NCBI GenBank assembly: GCA_963675595.2
Contig: CAXXLZ010000002.1
Coordinates: 1,920,001 to 1,984,000, forward strand
Source: Thermodesulfobacteriota bacterium
GTDB lineage: Bacteria > Desulfobacterota > Desulfarculia > JACQYL01
Length of the DNA stretch: 64,000 bases
Direction of reading: 5' to 3'
Positions within the stretch are counted from its first letter, which is position 1. Each line of letters begins with the position of its first letter. This document shows positions 39,786-50,262 of the stretch, one piece after another. The translations under genes and the position numbers were made by a program. The notes below the pieces were generated by a model, which saw nothing but the letters and a program-made list of their open reading frames with translations, was not told the DNA's origin and made no database searches.

Positions 39786-41867
39786 CTACTCCTCCAGCTC
39801 TTTGATCTGAGCGATCACCTTTTCCTGCATGGGGCCGGGCAGAGGATCATAATGATCCAATTCCAGCGTGAAGGTGCCTCGACCGCCTGTAATGGACGTC
39901 AGATCGGGCTGGTACTTAAGCACCTCGGACATGGGAACGTACGCGGTGATGACCTGGGTCGCGCCCTTGGCCTCCATACCCAGCACCTTTCCTCTGCGGC
40001 CGTTCAAGTCTCCGATCACATCTCCCATGAATTCGTCGGGAACGGTGATCTCCATCTTCATGATCGGCTCCAGCAGGATCGGGCCCGCCTCCTCCATGGC
40101 CTTTTTGAAGCACATGGACGCAGCGATCTTGAAAGCCATTTCCGAGGAGTCCACTTCATGCGACTTGCCGTCATAGAATCGAATCTTGAAATCCACCACC
40201 GGAAAGCCCGCCAGGATCCCCTTGTTCTTGGATTCCTCGATACCTTTTTCCACCGCGGGGACGAAATTCCTGGGCACATTCATTCCCACCAGATTCTCGT
40301 GAAACTCGTATCCGTCACCTCTGGGCTTCGGCGAAATGTCGAAATGGACTTCGGCGAACTGACCTCGGCCTCCACTCTGTTTCTTGTGCCGATAAACAAT
40401 CCCCTTTATCTCCTTGGTCACGGTCTCGAGATAGGGAACTTTCGGCATGTTCAGAACGGCTTCCACTCCATATTTTCTCTGAAGTTTCTCACAGATGACC
40501 TCAAGGTGCATCTGACCGGTTCCATAAAGAAGGATCTCGTTGGTTCGGCTGTCACGCTCCAGCTTGAGGGTGGTATCTTCCTCGGTCAGTTTGGAGATTC
40601 CACTGAAAACCTTTTCCTCGTCTCCCTTGTTCTTTGCGGAGAGCGCATAGGCAATTGCGGCGGGCAGCGGCTCCACCGCCGGCAGGATCACGGGAGCGGA
40701 TTCGGCGCACAGGGAATCACCCGTACCCGTATCCTTGAGCTTGGCCACCGCCACGATTTCCCCGGGCACTACGGATTCGACGGCAGCCTGGTTCTTCCCC
40801 TCCAAGTACAACAACTGGCCGGCCTTTTCCTTCACCTCTTTGGAAGCATTGTAGAAGGTCGAGTCCGCCGCCAAGGTGCCGGAGACCACCCTGAAAACCG
40901 TCAGCTTGCCCGCGTAAGGGTCTGAAATCGTTTTGATGACGAGACCGGAAAAGGGCGCGGTTTCATCCGCGGGACGCTCCGCGGTTTCCCCTGTCTTAGG
41001 CTCTTTGCCCTGTGCCGGAGGTCGGTCCAGAGGAGACGGGAAACACTCCACGATCATGTCCAACAAAGGGTGTACGCCGATGTTTCGGCTCGCGCAGCCC
41101 GCGAAAACCGGCACAAAACGCCGCTCTCGTATCCCCACCTGAAGGCCGTGGGTCAGCTCCTCTTTGGTCAGTTCCTCACCTTCCAAGTACTTCTCGATGA
41201 GTTCATCGTCGGATTCCGCGATAAACTCGATCAGGGAATTCCGCAACTCCTCCACTTCATCCTGCATGTCGGCGGGTACGTCCTCAGTGGTGAACTTTCC
41301 GCTCTCATCATCGGAGTAGAGGTAGGCTTTCTTCTTGAAAACATCGACAACCCCTTTGAAATTCTGTTCAGCTCCGATGGGGATGGTCAAGGGGGCGCAC
41401 TTGACGGAGAAAACTTTGGCAATCTGTTCAACCACTTTGGAATAATCGGCCCGCTCCCGATCCATCTTATTAACGAAAACGGCTCTGGGAAGATTGATCT
41501 CGTCCGCGAAAGCCCACACTTTTTCGGTAGTCACCTTGACCCCGTCCGTGGCGTCCGCGAGCACGATCGCCGCGTCCGCACCCTGAAGAACGAGCTTGGT
41601 GTCACTAAGAAAGTTCACGTCACCGGGGGTATCGATGAGATGAACCAGGTGCTTTTTCCAATTGAAATGGTGAAAGGACGCGCTGATGGAAATCGACCGC
41701 TTCAGCTCTTCAGGCTCGAAGTCCATCAGAGCACTCCCCTGGTCCACCTTGCCAAGACGATTGGTCGCACCCGAATCAAAGAGCAGGGCCTCGGCCAACG
41801 ACGTTTTGCCGGAGCCTCCGTGAGCAATGATGGCGACACTTCTGATGCGCGATACCTTTTCACTCAT
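39786..41867 (-). CDS. fusA: Elongation factor G (stand-alone EF-G2-like paralog)
   Basis: AHGGSGKT, DTPG, NKMD, KKQSGGRGQF and HEVDSSE motifs; GAGGAG RBS. Confidence 0.92.
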   Translation of the reverse strand: MSEKVSRIRSVAIIAHGGSGKTSLAEALLFDSGATNRLGKVDQGSALMDFEPEELKRSISISASFHHFNWKKHLVHLIDTPGDVNFLSDTKLVLQGADAAIVLADATDGVKVTTEKVWAFADEINLPRAVFVNKMDRERADYSKVVEQIAKVFSVKCAPLTIPIGAEQNFKGVVDVFKKKAYLYSDDESGKFTTEDVPADMQDEVEELRNSLIEFIAESDDELIEKYLEGEELTKEELTHGLQVGIRERRFVPVFAGCASRNIGVHPLLDMIVECFPSPLDRPPAQGKEPKTGETAERPADETAPFSGLVIKTISDPYAGKLTVFRVVSGTLAADSTFYNASKEVKEKAGQLLYLEGKNQAAVESVVPGEIVAVAKLKDTGTGDSLCAESAPVILPAVEPLPAAIAYALSAKNKGDEEKVFSGISKLTEEDTTLKLERDSRTNEILLYGTGQMHLEVICEKLQRKYGVEAVLNMPKVPYLETVTKEIKGIVYRHKKQSGGRGQFAEVHFDISPKPRGDGYEFHENLVGMNVPRNFVPAVEKGIEESKNKGILAGFPVVDFKIRFYDGKSHEVDSSEMAFKIAASMCFKKAMEEAGPILLEPIMKMEITVPDEFMGDVIGDLNGRRGKVLGMEAKGATQVITAYVPMSEVLKYQPDLTSITGGRGTFTLELDHYDPLPGPMQEKVIAQIKELEE

Positions 41868-41904
41868 TCGAGTCACTCCTCTTTCAGGTGAAATAAAAGG
41901 ATTT

Positions 41905-41949
41905 AATTTAGAGAGGAGGTTGTTTTTAGTCAAGTATTTTTAGTCAAGT
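41905..41949 (-). promoter_or_regulatory. sigma70 promoter with tandemly repeated -35 region
   Basis: TTGACT-N17-TAAATT; ACTTGACTAAAAA occurs twice with a 14-bp period. Confidence 0.6.
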
Positions 41950-42111
41950 CAATTCTCCTTGCTCGGGCGTCCGTGTCCGGACGCCGTTTTCCCACTGCGG
42001 CTGCGCGCATCCGGAACGGGCCTTCGCTACCCGTGCTCACGTTGACACTCCGCCCACCGGTGCCTTACACTGGATGGATGATCAAGGGCCTATAATCTTA
42101 GAGGCGCCGAT

Positions 42112-42891
42112 ATGAGCTTTTTTTCCGACTACGAATCCTGTATCGCGTACGACCAATACTACAACACACCTAAAGGTCGGCAATGGCTTGACGCTGAGAT
42201 GGGGCTCCTCAACCGGCTCCTGACCCCCGATCCTCGCGACGTTATCCTTGACGTGGGGTGCGGCCCCGGAAGGCATTTGATCGAGTTCCGTGCATCGGGG
42301 ATTCGTTGCGCCGGTATCGACGCTTCCCCCCATATGGTTGAATTGGCCCAAAAACGTCTAGGCCCCTTCGTTCCCATCGAGTCCGGGTCCGCCGAATCCC
42401 TTCCTTTCGAAGATGGGCGTTTCGACATTGTGTTGCTCGTCAAAACTCTGGAGTTTGTCGACGACCCGATCAAGGCTCTTCACGAAGCTCGCAGGGTGGC
42501 GAGGAAAGCCGTGTTCGTGGAAGAGGTAAACGCCTTTTCACCCGTCGGCCTCAAGCATGCCTTCGGTGGAATGCCCTGCGTGCCCTTTCTTAGAAAGGCC
42601 CACCTTTTCGACCTCTGGTCACTTAAGCGAATGGTTGGGGACTCCATCCCCGATGTGCGGGTTACATGGGCTTCGACCCGAATGGAAGGGATTTTCGGTT
42701 CCAAAAGGAACGTACCGGGCCCCATCTCCTCGAACCCTTTCGGCGACTTGGTAGGCCTTCGCGCAGACTTGGCGCAAAAAGCCGCGGTTCGGTCCTCGGC
42801 AATCTCCCGTCTCAACTATGCCTTTCCGGCATTCAAACCCGGAGCGACGAGACAATGTTATGAGAGAGGCACTCCTTTACAGCACGGTTGA
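42112..42891 (+). CDS. Class I SAM-dependent methyltransferase
   Basis: ILDVGCGPG, GID, AESLPF and FDIV motifs. Confidence 0.88.
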   Translation: MSFFSDYESCIAYDQYYNTPKGRQWLDAEMGLLNRLLTPDPRDVILDVGCGPGRHLIEFRASGIRCAGIDASPHMVELAQKRLGPFVPIESGSAESLPFEDGRFDIVLLVKTLEFVDDPIKALHEARRVARKAVFVEEVNAFSPVGLKHAFGGMPCVPFLRKAHLFDLWSLKRMVGDSIPDVRVTWASTRMEGIFGSKRNVPGPISSNPFGDLVGLRADLAQKAAVRSSAISRLNYAFPAFKPGATRQCYERGTPLQHG

Positions 42892-43885
42892 TGACAAGAA
42901 AGTGAAATGCGCCCTCTGCGCCCATCGATGCGTGATACAGGACGGGTCCAAAGGGATCTGCGGGGTGCGCGAAAATCGCGACGGCGTTCTGTTTTCTCTG
43001 GTTTACCGGAAACTGATCGCTCAACACGTGGACCCGATCGAGAAGAAGCCGTTGTTCCATGTCTTGCCCGGCTCGCTCTCCTACTCCATCGCCACCGTGG
43101 GATGCAACTTCAAATGCCTTTTCTGTCAGAATGCGGACATTTCTCAAGCGCCCTCGGATCAAGGGAGAATCATGGGGCATGACGTCGCCCCGGAAGCCAT
43201 TGTGCGGGATGCACTGGATTCCGGATGTCGCTCCATCGCCTACACGTATACCGAACCCACCATTTATTTCGAATACGCCCTTGAAACGGCCCGACTTGCG
43301 GCTTCCGCCGATCTCCTCAACATATTCGTCAGCAACGGCTATATGACCCCCGAGTGCCTGGATATGATCGGTAACACTCTGCACGCGGCCAATGTGGACC
43401 TGAAGGCTTTTCGTGACCGGTTTTACAAAGAGCAGTGCAAAGCACGTCTTCAACCGGTTCTGGACACCCTCACGAAAATGAAGAAGATGGGGATCTGGGT
43501 GGAGGTCACCACATTATTGATTCCCGGACAGAACGATTCCGAAGAGGAACTAAGAGACATCGCCGGGTTCCTGGTGGGAATCGGTCCCGAGACGCCCTGG
43601 CACATAAGCCGTTTCTACCCTAGGTACCGGTACACCTCGGGCGCTCCCACTTCTCCTCTCTCCATTCAAAAAGCCAGGGAGATCGGTCTGGAGGAAGGAC
43701 TCAGGTACGTATACAGCGGAAACCTGCCCGGAGACTCCGGAGAGAACAGCTACTGCCCCGCCTGCGGAAAGACCATCGTCCAACGAGGAGGCTACCACGT
43801 TTCAGGGGTCGAGGTGACGGATCGGACCTGCCGATTCTGCGGGGAGCCGGTCGAGGGGATTTTCAGCCTCCCTTCCGGGGCTTGA
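42860..43885 (+). CDS. amrS: AmmeMemoRadiSam radical SAM enzyme
   Basis: CALCAHRC, DPIEKKPL, CNFKCLFCQN, AYTYTEP and YVYSGN motifs. Confidence 0.92.
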   Translation: MREALLYSTVDDKKVKCALCAHRCVIQDGSKGICGVRENRDGVLFSLVYRKLIAQHVDPIEKKPLFHVLPGSLSYSIATVGCNFKCLFCQNADISQAPSDQGRIMGHDVAPEAIVRDALDSGCRSIAYTYTEPTIYFEYALETARLAASADLLNIFVSNGYMTPECLDMIGNTLHAANVDLKAFRDRFYKEQCKARLQPVLDTLTKMKKMGIWVEVTTLLIPGQNDSEEELRDIAGFLVGIGPETPWHISRFYPRYRYTSGAPTSPLSIQKAREIGLEEGLRYVYSGNLPGDSGENSYCPACGKTIVQRGGYHVSGVEVTDRTCRFCGEPVEGIFSLPSGA

Positions 43886-44094
43886 TCCAAACGCGCCCGG
43901 AAACCGGACACCTCGGACCCAACCGTGAAGGAACGTGGAAACACCTATTATGGGAAGGAATGACCCACCGGAGTCCGGATCCGGCTCATCCATCGCGCCC
44001 GGGGTAGGATATTGCTTCCGGTTCGAGGACCTACCAATGCCGGCTTGGGTGTGAAGACAGGGAGGGCCGACCGTTCCTCCCCGTCCAAAAATAC

Positions 44095-44700
44095 TTAGAC
44101 CAGTCCCGCCACCAACTTCTCCGCCTTGTCCATGTCGACACGCCCGGTGTTGATCACCAGGTCGTAGAGCAGCGAAGAGTCGTGGTCCTCTTCGGCGAAG
44201 CAGTTCAGGAAGAGGTTTCTCTGCCTGTCTTCCCTGGTTACCGCCTGGGCCGCCACACGCTCACTCACCTTATACTTATCGATGAGAAACTGCTCTCGAT
44301 GTTTACGATCGGCCACCAGCAAGATGTGGTGAGTATCGGGATAGTTCTGGAGGATGTACTGTCCCCCCCTCCCAAGAATGATGACCTTTCCTTCTTTATG
44401 CAATTCCACGACCACATCGCGAACCACATGCACGTAGCGTTCCGCGTCGATGTAACCTCGTTCCTCGGTAACGATCCGATCGATGAATTTCCGGCTGATC
44501 ATGGAGTCCAGAAACTTCATCAGCTTGGACCCTCCGGATTTCTCGAAAGAGAGGACGCCTTCCGGGGAAACCTTGGCTTTTTCCGCTACCTGTTCCAGCA
44601 TGTCCTCGTCGACCAGTTTATATCCGAGCCTCTCGGACAGCCTCTGTCCCAGCGTTCTACCTCCCGCTCCGAACTGTCGACTAATGGTAATAACCGCCAT
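44095..44700 (-). CDS. Cytidylate kinase-like family protein
   Basis: ITISRQFGAGG, ILGRGG and YDLVINT motifs. Confidence 0.88.
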   Translation of the reverse strand: MAVITISRQFGAGGRTLGQRLSERLGYKLVDEDMLEQVAEKAKVSPEGVLSFEKSGGSKLMKFLDSMISRKFIDRIVTEERGYIDAERYVHVVRDVVVELHKEGKVIILGRGGQYILQNYPDTHHILLVADRKHREQFLIDKYKVSERVAAQAVTREDRQRNLFLNCFAEEDHDSSLLYDLVINTGRVDMDKAEKLVAGLV

Positions 44701-45081
44701 ATGCACCTCCGTCTTGAAGAACCCTGAAACCTCGGGATTTTTGCATCACAGAAATCCGAACCTTTTTATGTATGATTCTAACAGAAAGGGGGTTGCGGTT
44801 GGAATTGTTTTCTCGTCATGGACGCACCTTGCGAGTTGTTTCACCAATGGGAAGCCGGCTCGGTTGAATCCCGGTTCATTGTGTCGATCTATCGGCCGGC
44901 GAATTTTGTAGCCGGAGGAAATCGATACACGCCGGATCGACGGCCTATTGACAAATTATTGACTATATACAATTGCTAAGTAGAAAGGTGCCCGTCTTGT
45001 CTTTCCTCCTGTTTTTTTCTATTGATTCCATCCTTACGATAGTGTACTATTCGCACAATCTGGAAAAAGCGAGGTGTATGA

Positions 45082-45789
45082 ATGAAGAAAATGGTACTTG
45101 GTGTTGCTCTTCTGTGTCTGCTCACCGCGAGTACTGCGATGTCAAGTTTCCCACCGGTTCCAACCGATGCCGAAGTTTACCCCGTGGAACACTTCTACAA
45201 TATTGCGTTGATGTATTCCTGGGCCGAAGGCGGAGAGCTTTTCGTTCATTTCAAGCTGCTGTGCGATCGGTTCTATGTGTGTAACAAGGGATTCCGTCTT
45301 ATCCAGAACGGCTCCGAATTTTCCGATCTTTCCCTGATCACCGAATCGGGAACGAGCTTCTGTGGAGAAATGACCGACAGTCAGACGTTTAAACTCCAGG
45401 ACCTTTCCGGCCTGTTCAGCGCCTCTGATCCCTTTATTGTCGAGTTCAGCGCCAATGATATTTACCAACTCAGCATTACTCCGTCCGCAAGCTCGGCCCT
45501 TTTGCCTCAGAGCGGAATATGGAAAGATACCGCCTGCACGGTGAGCTTCTACCTACAAAAGTACAGCACCAACTCCGCCGCCATAGTAGCCACCACCAAC
45601 GGTCTCAACAATGTCATCTTCCTGGATTCCGACTATACCGACGGACTTTATATTTCCAATGATTTAGGCAACCAAGGATATTCCTTCCGATTGGTTCTCA
45701 AGGACCGCACCAACGGCACCCTGATCGCGGACCTGCCGGGCGGGCGCGTCCTTGCCAACGTCACCGTAGTCTACTCCGTGGTCCAGTAA
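45082..45789 (+). CDS. Secreted hypothetical protein
   Basis: GAGG RBS, signal peptide, Ser/Thr-rich beta-type sequence, followed by a terminator. Confidence 0.75.
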   Translation: MKKMVLGVALLCLLTASTAMSSFPPVPTDAEVYPVEHFYNIALMYSWAEGGELFVHFKLLCDRFYVCNKGFRLIQNGSEFSDLSLITESGTSFCGEMTDSQTFKLQDLSGLFSASDPFIVEFSANDIYQLSITPSASSALLPQSGIWKDTACTVSFYLQKYSTNSAAIVATTNGLNNVIFLDSDYTDGLYISNDLGNQGYSFRLVLKDRTNGTLIADLPGGRVLANVTVVYSVVQ

Positions 45790-45819
45790 GTATCGAACTG
45801 CGCCCATAGGTTAGACAAG

Positions 45820-45857
45820 CCGCGTTCCCCGCGCACCATGGGAACGCGGTTTTTTTG
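45820..45857 (+). terminator. Rho-independent terminator
   Basis: CCGCGTTCCC...GGGAACGCGG followed by a T-run. Confidence 0.85.
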
Positions 45858-46041
45858 TCAGGTCCTTTCCTTGGCGAGACTTAGGCCATCCCGACATAAC
45901 TAGAAGAGACCCCGAGGCGCCGACTCCGGCTCTCCTTGAAAGCACGCTTCCCCGGACGGGCTGAACGAATAACCCCTCTGGTTTTTCGCCAACCCAGGAG
46001 TCGGCCTCTTTACCCACAGCCGACACTCACTACACCTCTCC

Positions 46042-46704
46042 TCATCGCCCACAGCACGCCTTGTACTTCCTGCCACTGCCGCACGGACAAAGATCGTTAC
46101 GTCCGATCCCGGAGAATTTCCCTTTCTTCGGAGACGATTTTGCTATTCCCAGGACCGAATTGTGACAAAGCCCGAACCACAGCAGAAACGGCGGCAGAAT
46201 CAACCCCATATGACCGTTGAAACGCTCCGCCTCCCTTAGAAAGGTTCTGAAGGCCTCTCCGTACGGGACGGACTGCGGCGCCGCGCCTGTAAGGGTGCTC
46301 ACGTATGCAAGGTCGAAAAAGCTCTGGAAGATGTGAATCACAAAGAGTACTCCAACCGCAGTAAGACATTTTCCGACCTTCCCCCGTATGGTTTCCCCCG
46401 GCGTGGCCGCAATCAAAGCCGTTCCGAACACGAGATTCATGTAGGAATAATACACGTTGTACGGGGAAATATAGATCTCGGGGCTTTCCTGAAACAGAAA
46501 CGCCGCAACCGATTCGTGCGGCTTCACGAGCACCTTCACGAGATGCTCGTTGCTCGCTAAAAGGAGTCCTTTTGACAGGGACAAGACCAGGGAGGAGTAG
46601 ATCGGGAAGAGGATCGAATACAGAATGAATCCTCCAGCCAAGAACAGGATAAGAGCCCCGAAGAATTTAAGGAAAAGCTTTTTCTTATCCAGGTCGGCGC
46701 ACAT
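46042..46704 (-). CDS. Exosortase-associated membrane protein with C-terminal SEC-C motif
   Basis: About four TM segments; ends GRNDLCPCGSGRKYKACCG; overlaps the exosortase gene; start uncertain. Confidence 0.8.
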   Translation of the reverse strand: MCADLDKKKLFLKFFGALILFLAGGFILYSILFPIYSSLVLSLSKGLLLASNEHLVKVLVKPHESVAAFLFQESPEIYISPYNVYYSYMNLVFGTALIAATPGETIRGKVGKCLTAVGVLFVIHIFQSFFDLAYVSTLTGAAPQSVPYGEAFRTFLREAERFNGHMGLILPPFLLWFGLCHNSVLGIAKSSPKKGKFSGIGRNDLCPCGSGRKYKACCGR

Positions 46705-47188
46705 ACAAAAACAACCACCCCGCAAAAAGACCGAAGGTAAACAGGACCATCAGGCCCTGGAACACATAGGCGTGCATGAACTGAAAATACGTGGGTGCGT
46801 GGAGCTTGGTCAAAGCCAGCAACACAATTCTGAAATAGTTGACCACCAGAATCACGGGAATCGCAACGAGCAGGCCTATCGCCTTTTCCCGCATTCCGGC
46901 CGGAAAAGGTACAATTGCGGCGACAATCAATATGATGGAAGTGATCCCGTCACAACCCCGAGTGATTTCGAAAACGAAAGAGGGATGTTTCAACAGGTTT
47001 CCATCCCATGAGAAGCCCTCATAGAAAAGGCTGAGGAGACCGTAGACCGCCCGTGTCAGTACGGAGAAATAGGGCAGCAGCGCATCGTAGCTGGAAACGA
47101 AGAGGGCGTAGAGACCGGCAAACAAGAGCAGAAAAAAAACGATATACCTGGGAATGCGAAATCCGGATTGAGGAACGTTTGAAGGCAC
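46685..47188 (-). CDS. Short exosortase/archaeosortase-family protein (XrtH-like)
   Basis: ITRGCDG (Cys), NYFRI (Arg) and MHAY (His) catalytic triad; adjacent to a C-terminally tagged protein. Confidence 0.88.
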   Translation of the reverse strand: MPSNVPQSGFRIPRYIVFFLLLFAGLYALFVSSYDALLPYFSVLTRAVYGLLSLFYEGFSWDGNLLKHPSFVFEITRGCDGITSIILIVAAIVPFPAGMREKAIGLLVAIPVILVVNYFRIVLLALTKLHAPTYFQFMHAYVFQGLMVLFTFGLFAGWLFLYVRRPG

Positions 47189-47207
47189 GAGATCTTTTTG
47201 AATCGGT

Positions 47208-47250
47208 GAAAAAGAGAAAGGCGACGGGATTCAATCAATCCCGCGCCTTC
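47208..47250 (-). terminator. Terminator-like hairpin between substrate and exosortase
   Basis: Minus strand AAGGCGCGGGATT...AATCCCGTCGCCTT followed by TCTCTTTTT. Confidence 0.6.
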
Positions 47251-47291
47251 CTCGTTAGGTTTCCATCTTACGCTTTACGCGGCGCTGCTTA

Positions 47292-48470
47292 TCAACCGTG
47301 CATTCTGCGACGTCTAAGGTAGAGAGCGGTCGCAAGAACCATGAGCAATGCCGTAATCGCGATACCCAGCTCGGTCATCCCGGGGACGGGCTCATAGGGC
47401 GGAATCACGATATCACGGCTGACACACGCGGTGCAGTTGCCCGGTACGACCCCGCTGAATTCAAGGGAGGTGACAATCACGGAGTTACACAGGGTAGCAC
47501 CCTCGGCGATGGAATCCACCGAGATCATGTAGGTGAGCACCAAGCTGCCGCCGGCCGGCACGTTGTATCCGCTCCAGGTCATGTTCTGGCCGGAAATGAT
47601 CGGTTCGCCGATGTTGGCGCTGCTCGCCACATAGGAAAGACCGCTGTCCAGCGTATCCTGAATCTGTACCGTGGTATCGGAGGCTCCGCTGTTGGTCACG
47701 GTTACCGTGGCGGTTACCACATCTCCGGGTTCCACCTTCGTCGCGTTGATGCTCTTGGAGCAGGAAAGCGCGGGAGGAGCGGGAGGCGTCACCTGAGCGC
47801 CGGCGAGGTCCTCACCGGGACCGTCGAACTGCGCATTGGCGAAGAGCTGAATCCCCCAAGCACCGACATAGCTGAAACCGGAAGTGGAAAGGCCGTGAAT
47901 GGTCAGGCTGAAGCTGTTGGTCAAAGTGGACGCGTCGATGTTGCTGGGCGTCACGGAAAGACCGGCTCCGCCGGAGATGATGGACACGTTGTTACCACCG
48001 GTGACGGCGGGACGATATTCCACGGTCACCAGTCCCACGCCGCCCGGGCATCCCGGATCGGAGGCGCTTGACGAGCCGGGCTGGCAAATGGTGATTCGGT
48101 AAGATTCGGATTCGGCGGCCGCCGTGTCCGGAGCGTCCTGGTAGGGGCATCCGTCGCCCTCACCGCAATCCGACATGGGATCCGTGTCCGAGCACAGGGT
48201 AGGGTCTATCAAAGAGCTGAATCCCACACTCTGGTTGCCGTTTCCCACGATGCCGTTCACCGTCATGTTCACGGAAATCGCATCGTTGGTGTCGCTCGCG
48301 ATACCGGACGCGGACAAGATATCGAAGCCGTTGGAGAACGTACAATCCGACGTCGCCGTGTCCTCTGCGTTATCGGTCAGGCTGTACGAATAGTCCTGCA
48401 CGCACCATGCCGCCGAGCCATACAAAGCGAAGGCCGCCATCAAAAATATTACAAACCAAACCTTCCTCAT
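47292..48470 (-). CDS. Secreted DUF11-domain protein with IPTL-CTERM-like tail
   Basis: Signal peptide; KS...PGDVVTATVTVTNSG...DTL...GLSYV DUF11 pattern; tail VPGMTELG + TM + RRRR. Confidence 0.88.
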   Translation of the reverse strand: MRKVWFVIFLMAAFALYGSAAWCVQDYSYSLTDNAEDTATSDCTFSNGFDILSASGIASDTNDAISVNMTVNGIVGNGNQSVGFSSLIDPTLCSDTDPMSDCGEGDGCPYQDAPDTAAAESESYRITICQPGSSSASDPGCPGGVGLVTVEYRPAVTGGNNVSIISGGAGLSVTPSNIDASTLTNSFSLTIHGLSTSGFSYVGAWGIQLFANAQFDGPGEDLAGAQVTPPAPPALSCSKSINATKVEPGDVVTATVTVTNSGASDTTVQIQDTLDSGLSYVASSANIGEPIISGQNMTWSGYNVPAGGSLVLTYMISVDSIAEGATLCNSVIVTSLEFSGVVPGNCTACVSRDIVIPPYEPVPGMTELGIAITALLMVLATALYLRRRRMHG

Positions 48471-48650
48471 CCCTGTTACCTCCCTTAGCGATATATTAAA
48501 CTCTTTCTCTCCTGGCGTGTTTTCTACTGTGCGATGAAAGGTTAAATCATGTTACGCGGGAAAGCAAGCGATTTCTACACGCTTACCCCTTTACCCATTC
48601 TCCTTTCCAGGGTCTCGCACTGTTGTTCCGTGCAAACTGCTCTGCCACCG

Positions 48651-50057
48651 TCACCCTGCCTTGCCTTTTCTTACCCTTTTCCCCCGGGCGCGCGTAGATT
48701 TCGTCCGTTTCCTGCCGGGTTGCTCCGCCTTCTTCTTGATCACGAGCCGAATGGGGGTATGATCAAGACGGAACGTCTCCCGGACTCGGTTCACCAAAAA
48801 CCGCCGATAGGAGAAATGCACCCCTTCCGGGTGGTTGGCGAACAGGAGAAAGCTCGGAGGACGAATTCCGGTCTGCGTCCCGTACAGAAGCCTCACCGCG
48901 TTGTTCCGGTAACGAGGCGGTGAATGTCTCAGCACGGCCTCCTGGATGGTGCGGTTGAAGTCCGGTGTGGGCACGCGGCTCGTATATTGCCGGTACAACT
49001 CCGGCACCGTATCGAAAATGCGTTCCACGCCTTTCCCCGTTTTGGCGGACACGGGAAGCACCGGTGCGTACGCCACATATTTCAGTTTGTTTTCCACATC
49101 CTCCCTGAAGCGGTTCAGATCCCGTTCGGAGCTTTCCAAAAGGTCCCACTTGTTCAGCAGGATCACCAGCGCGGTCCCACGTTCATAGGCATACCCGGCG
49201 ATTCTCACATCCTGCTCCGCTATTCCTTCCTTTGAGTCCAGCATAAGGAGACAGACATCGCTCTCCTCCATGGCTTTCAACGCCTTGATGGCGCTGTACT
49301 TCTCAAGTCGCAGGCTCACACGGGACTTTCTGCGGATCCCGGCCGTATCTTTGATCAGAAAACGAGCCCCTTTGCGTTCCACCAGACTATCAACGGTATC
49401 TCGAGTCGTACCCGGTACGTCCGTAACCAGCAGACGCTGCTCACCCAAGATGCGATTGATCAGAGACGACTTGCCCACGTTGGGACGCCCCACCACCGCC
49501 ATGGAGACGACCCGACCCTCCGGAGCCTCCCCTTCCTCCTCTGCAGGCCTTCGATCCAGCAGCAGAACCAGCGCGTCCATCATGTCGGAAACGCCGTAGC
49601 CGTGAGCGGAAGAAATTCCCAAAACTCGGTCCGCGCCCAATTCATAGAGGTCGTGCAGGAATGGTTCGTGCTCGGGTCCGTCCACCTTGTTGCCGCACAC
49701 CAAAACCGGTTTTCCGGAGCGAGTCAGCCGGCGATACAGGTCCCCGTCCACGTGGGAAAACCCCGACTTGGCGTCCACCAGGAAAAGGATGACGTCCGCT
49801 TCTTCCACCGCCAGCAAGGTTTGTTCCCGCATCTGCCGGGAGAGATCGGTTTCGGACAACGGTTCGAATCCCCCCGTGTCCACCACGGTAAAAACCTGAT
49901 CATTCCACCTGGCCGCCCCGTAGTTTCTGTCTCGAGTGACGCCGGGGGTTTCGTCCACAATGGCTTTTCCCGATCGGGTCAGCCGATTGAAAAGGGTGGA
50001 CTTTCCTACGTTGGGGCGTCCCACGATGGCAACGAGACCCGCCATGGTTTCATTCAC
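48651..50057 (-). CDS. der: Ribosome biogenesis GTPase Der (EngA)
   Basis: Two GRPNVGKS domains, DTGG and DTAG, KH-like C-terminus. Confidence 0.97.
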   Translation of the reverse strand: MNETMAGLVAIVGRPNVGKSTLFNRLTRSGKAIVDETPGVTRDRNYGAARWNDQVFTVVDTGGFEPLSETDLSRQMREQTLLAVEEADVILFLVDAKSGFSHVDGDLYRRLTRSGKPVLVCGNKVDGPEHEPFLHDLYELGADRVLGISSAHGYGVSDMMDALVLLLDRRPAEEEGEAPEGRVVSMAVVGRPNVGKSSLINRILGEQRLLVTDVPGTTRDTVDSLVERKGARFLIKDTAGIRRKSRVSLRLEKYSAIKALKAMEESDVCLLMLDSKEGIAEQDVRIAGYAYERGTALVILLNKWDLLESSERDLNRFREDVENKLKYVAYAPVLPVSAKTGKGVERIFDTVPELYRQYTSRVPTPDFNRTIQEAVLRHSPPRYRNNAVRLLYGTQTGIRPPSFLLFANHPEGVHFSYRRFLVNRVRETFRLDHTPIRLVIKKKAEQPGRKRTKSTRARGKRVRKGKAG

Positions 50058-50262
50058 TTCCTCGAGCCTGGAGCGGGCTCGAATGTTTCAAAGTTATTTT
50101 CCGATTCATGGTCATCTTCTTCCTCATCGCAGATTTCCAAATCCACCGATGTATCCGGGGCGAAGATTCCCCCGTGCCGACCGTCTTAAACCGAAGCCGG
50201 GTTCTTGACAATCATTATGTTTCCCGTATATCGTCTTTTTTTCATTCCTGCGAGGTGACCCC

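Noticed and set aside
44947-44975. sigma70 promoter TTGACA...TACAAT upstream of 45082
   Set aside because: The spacer is only 14 bp. The TATTGAC direct repeat there is too short to call.
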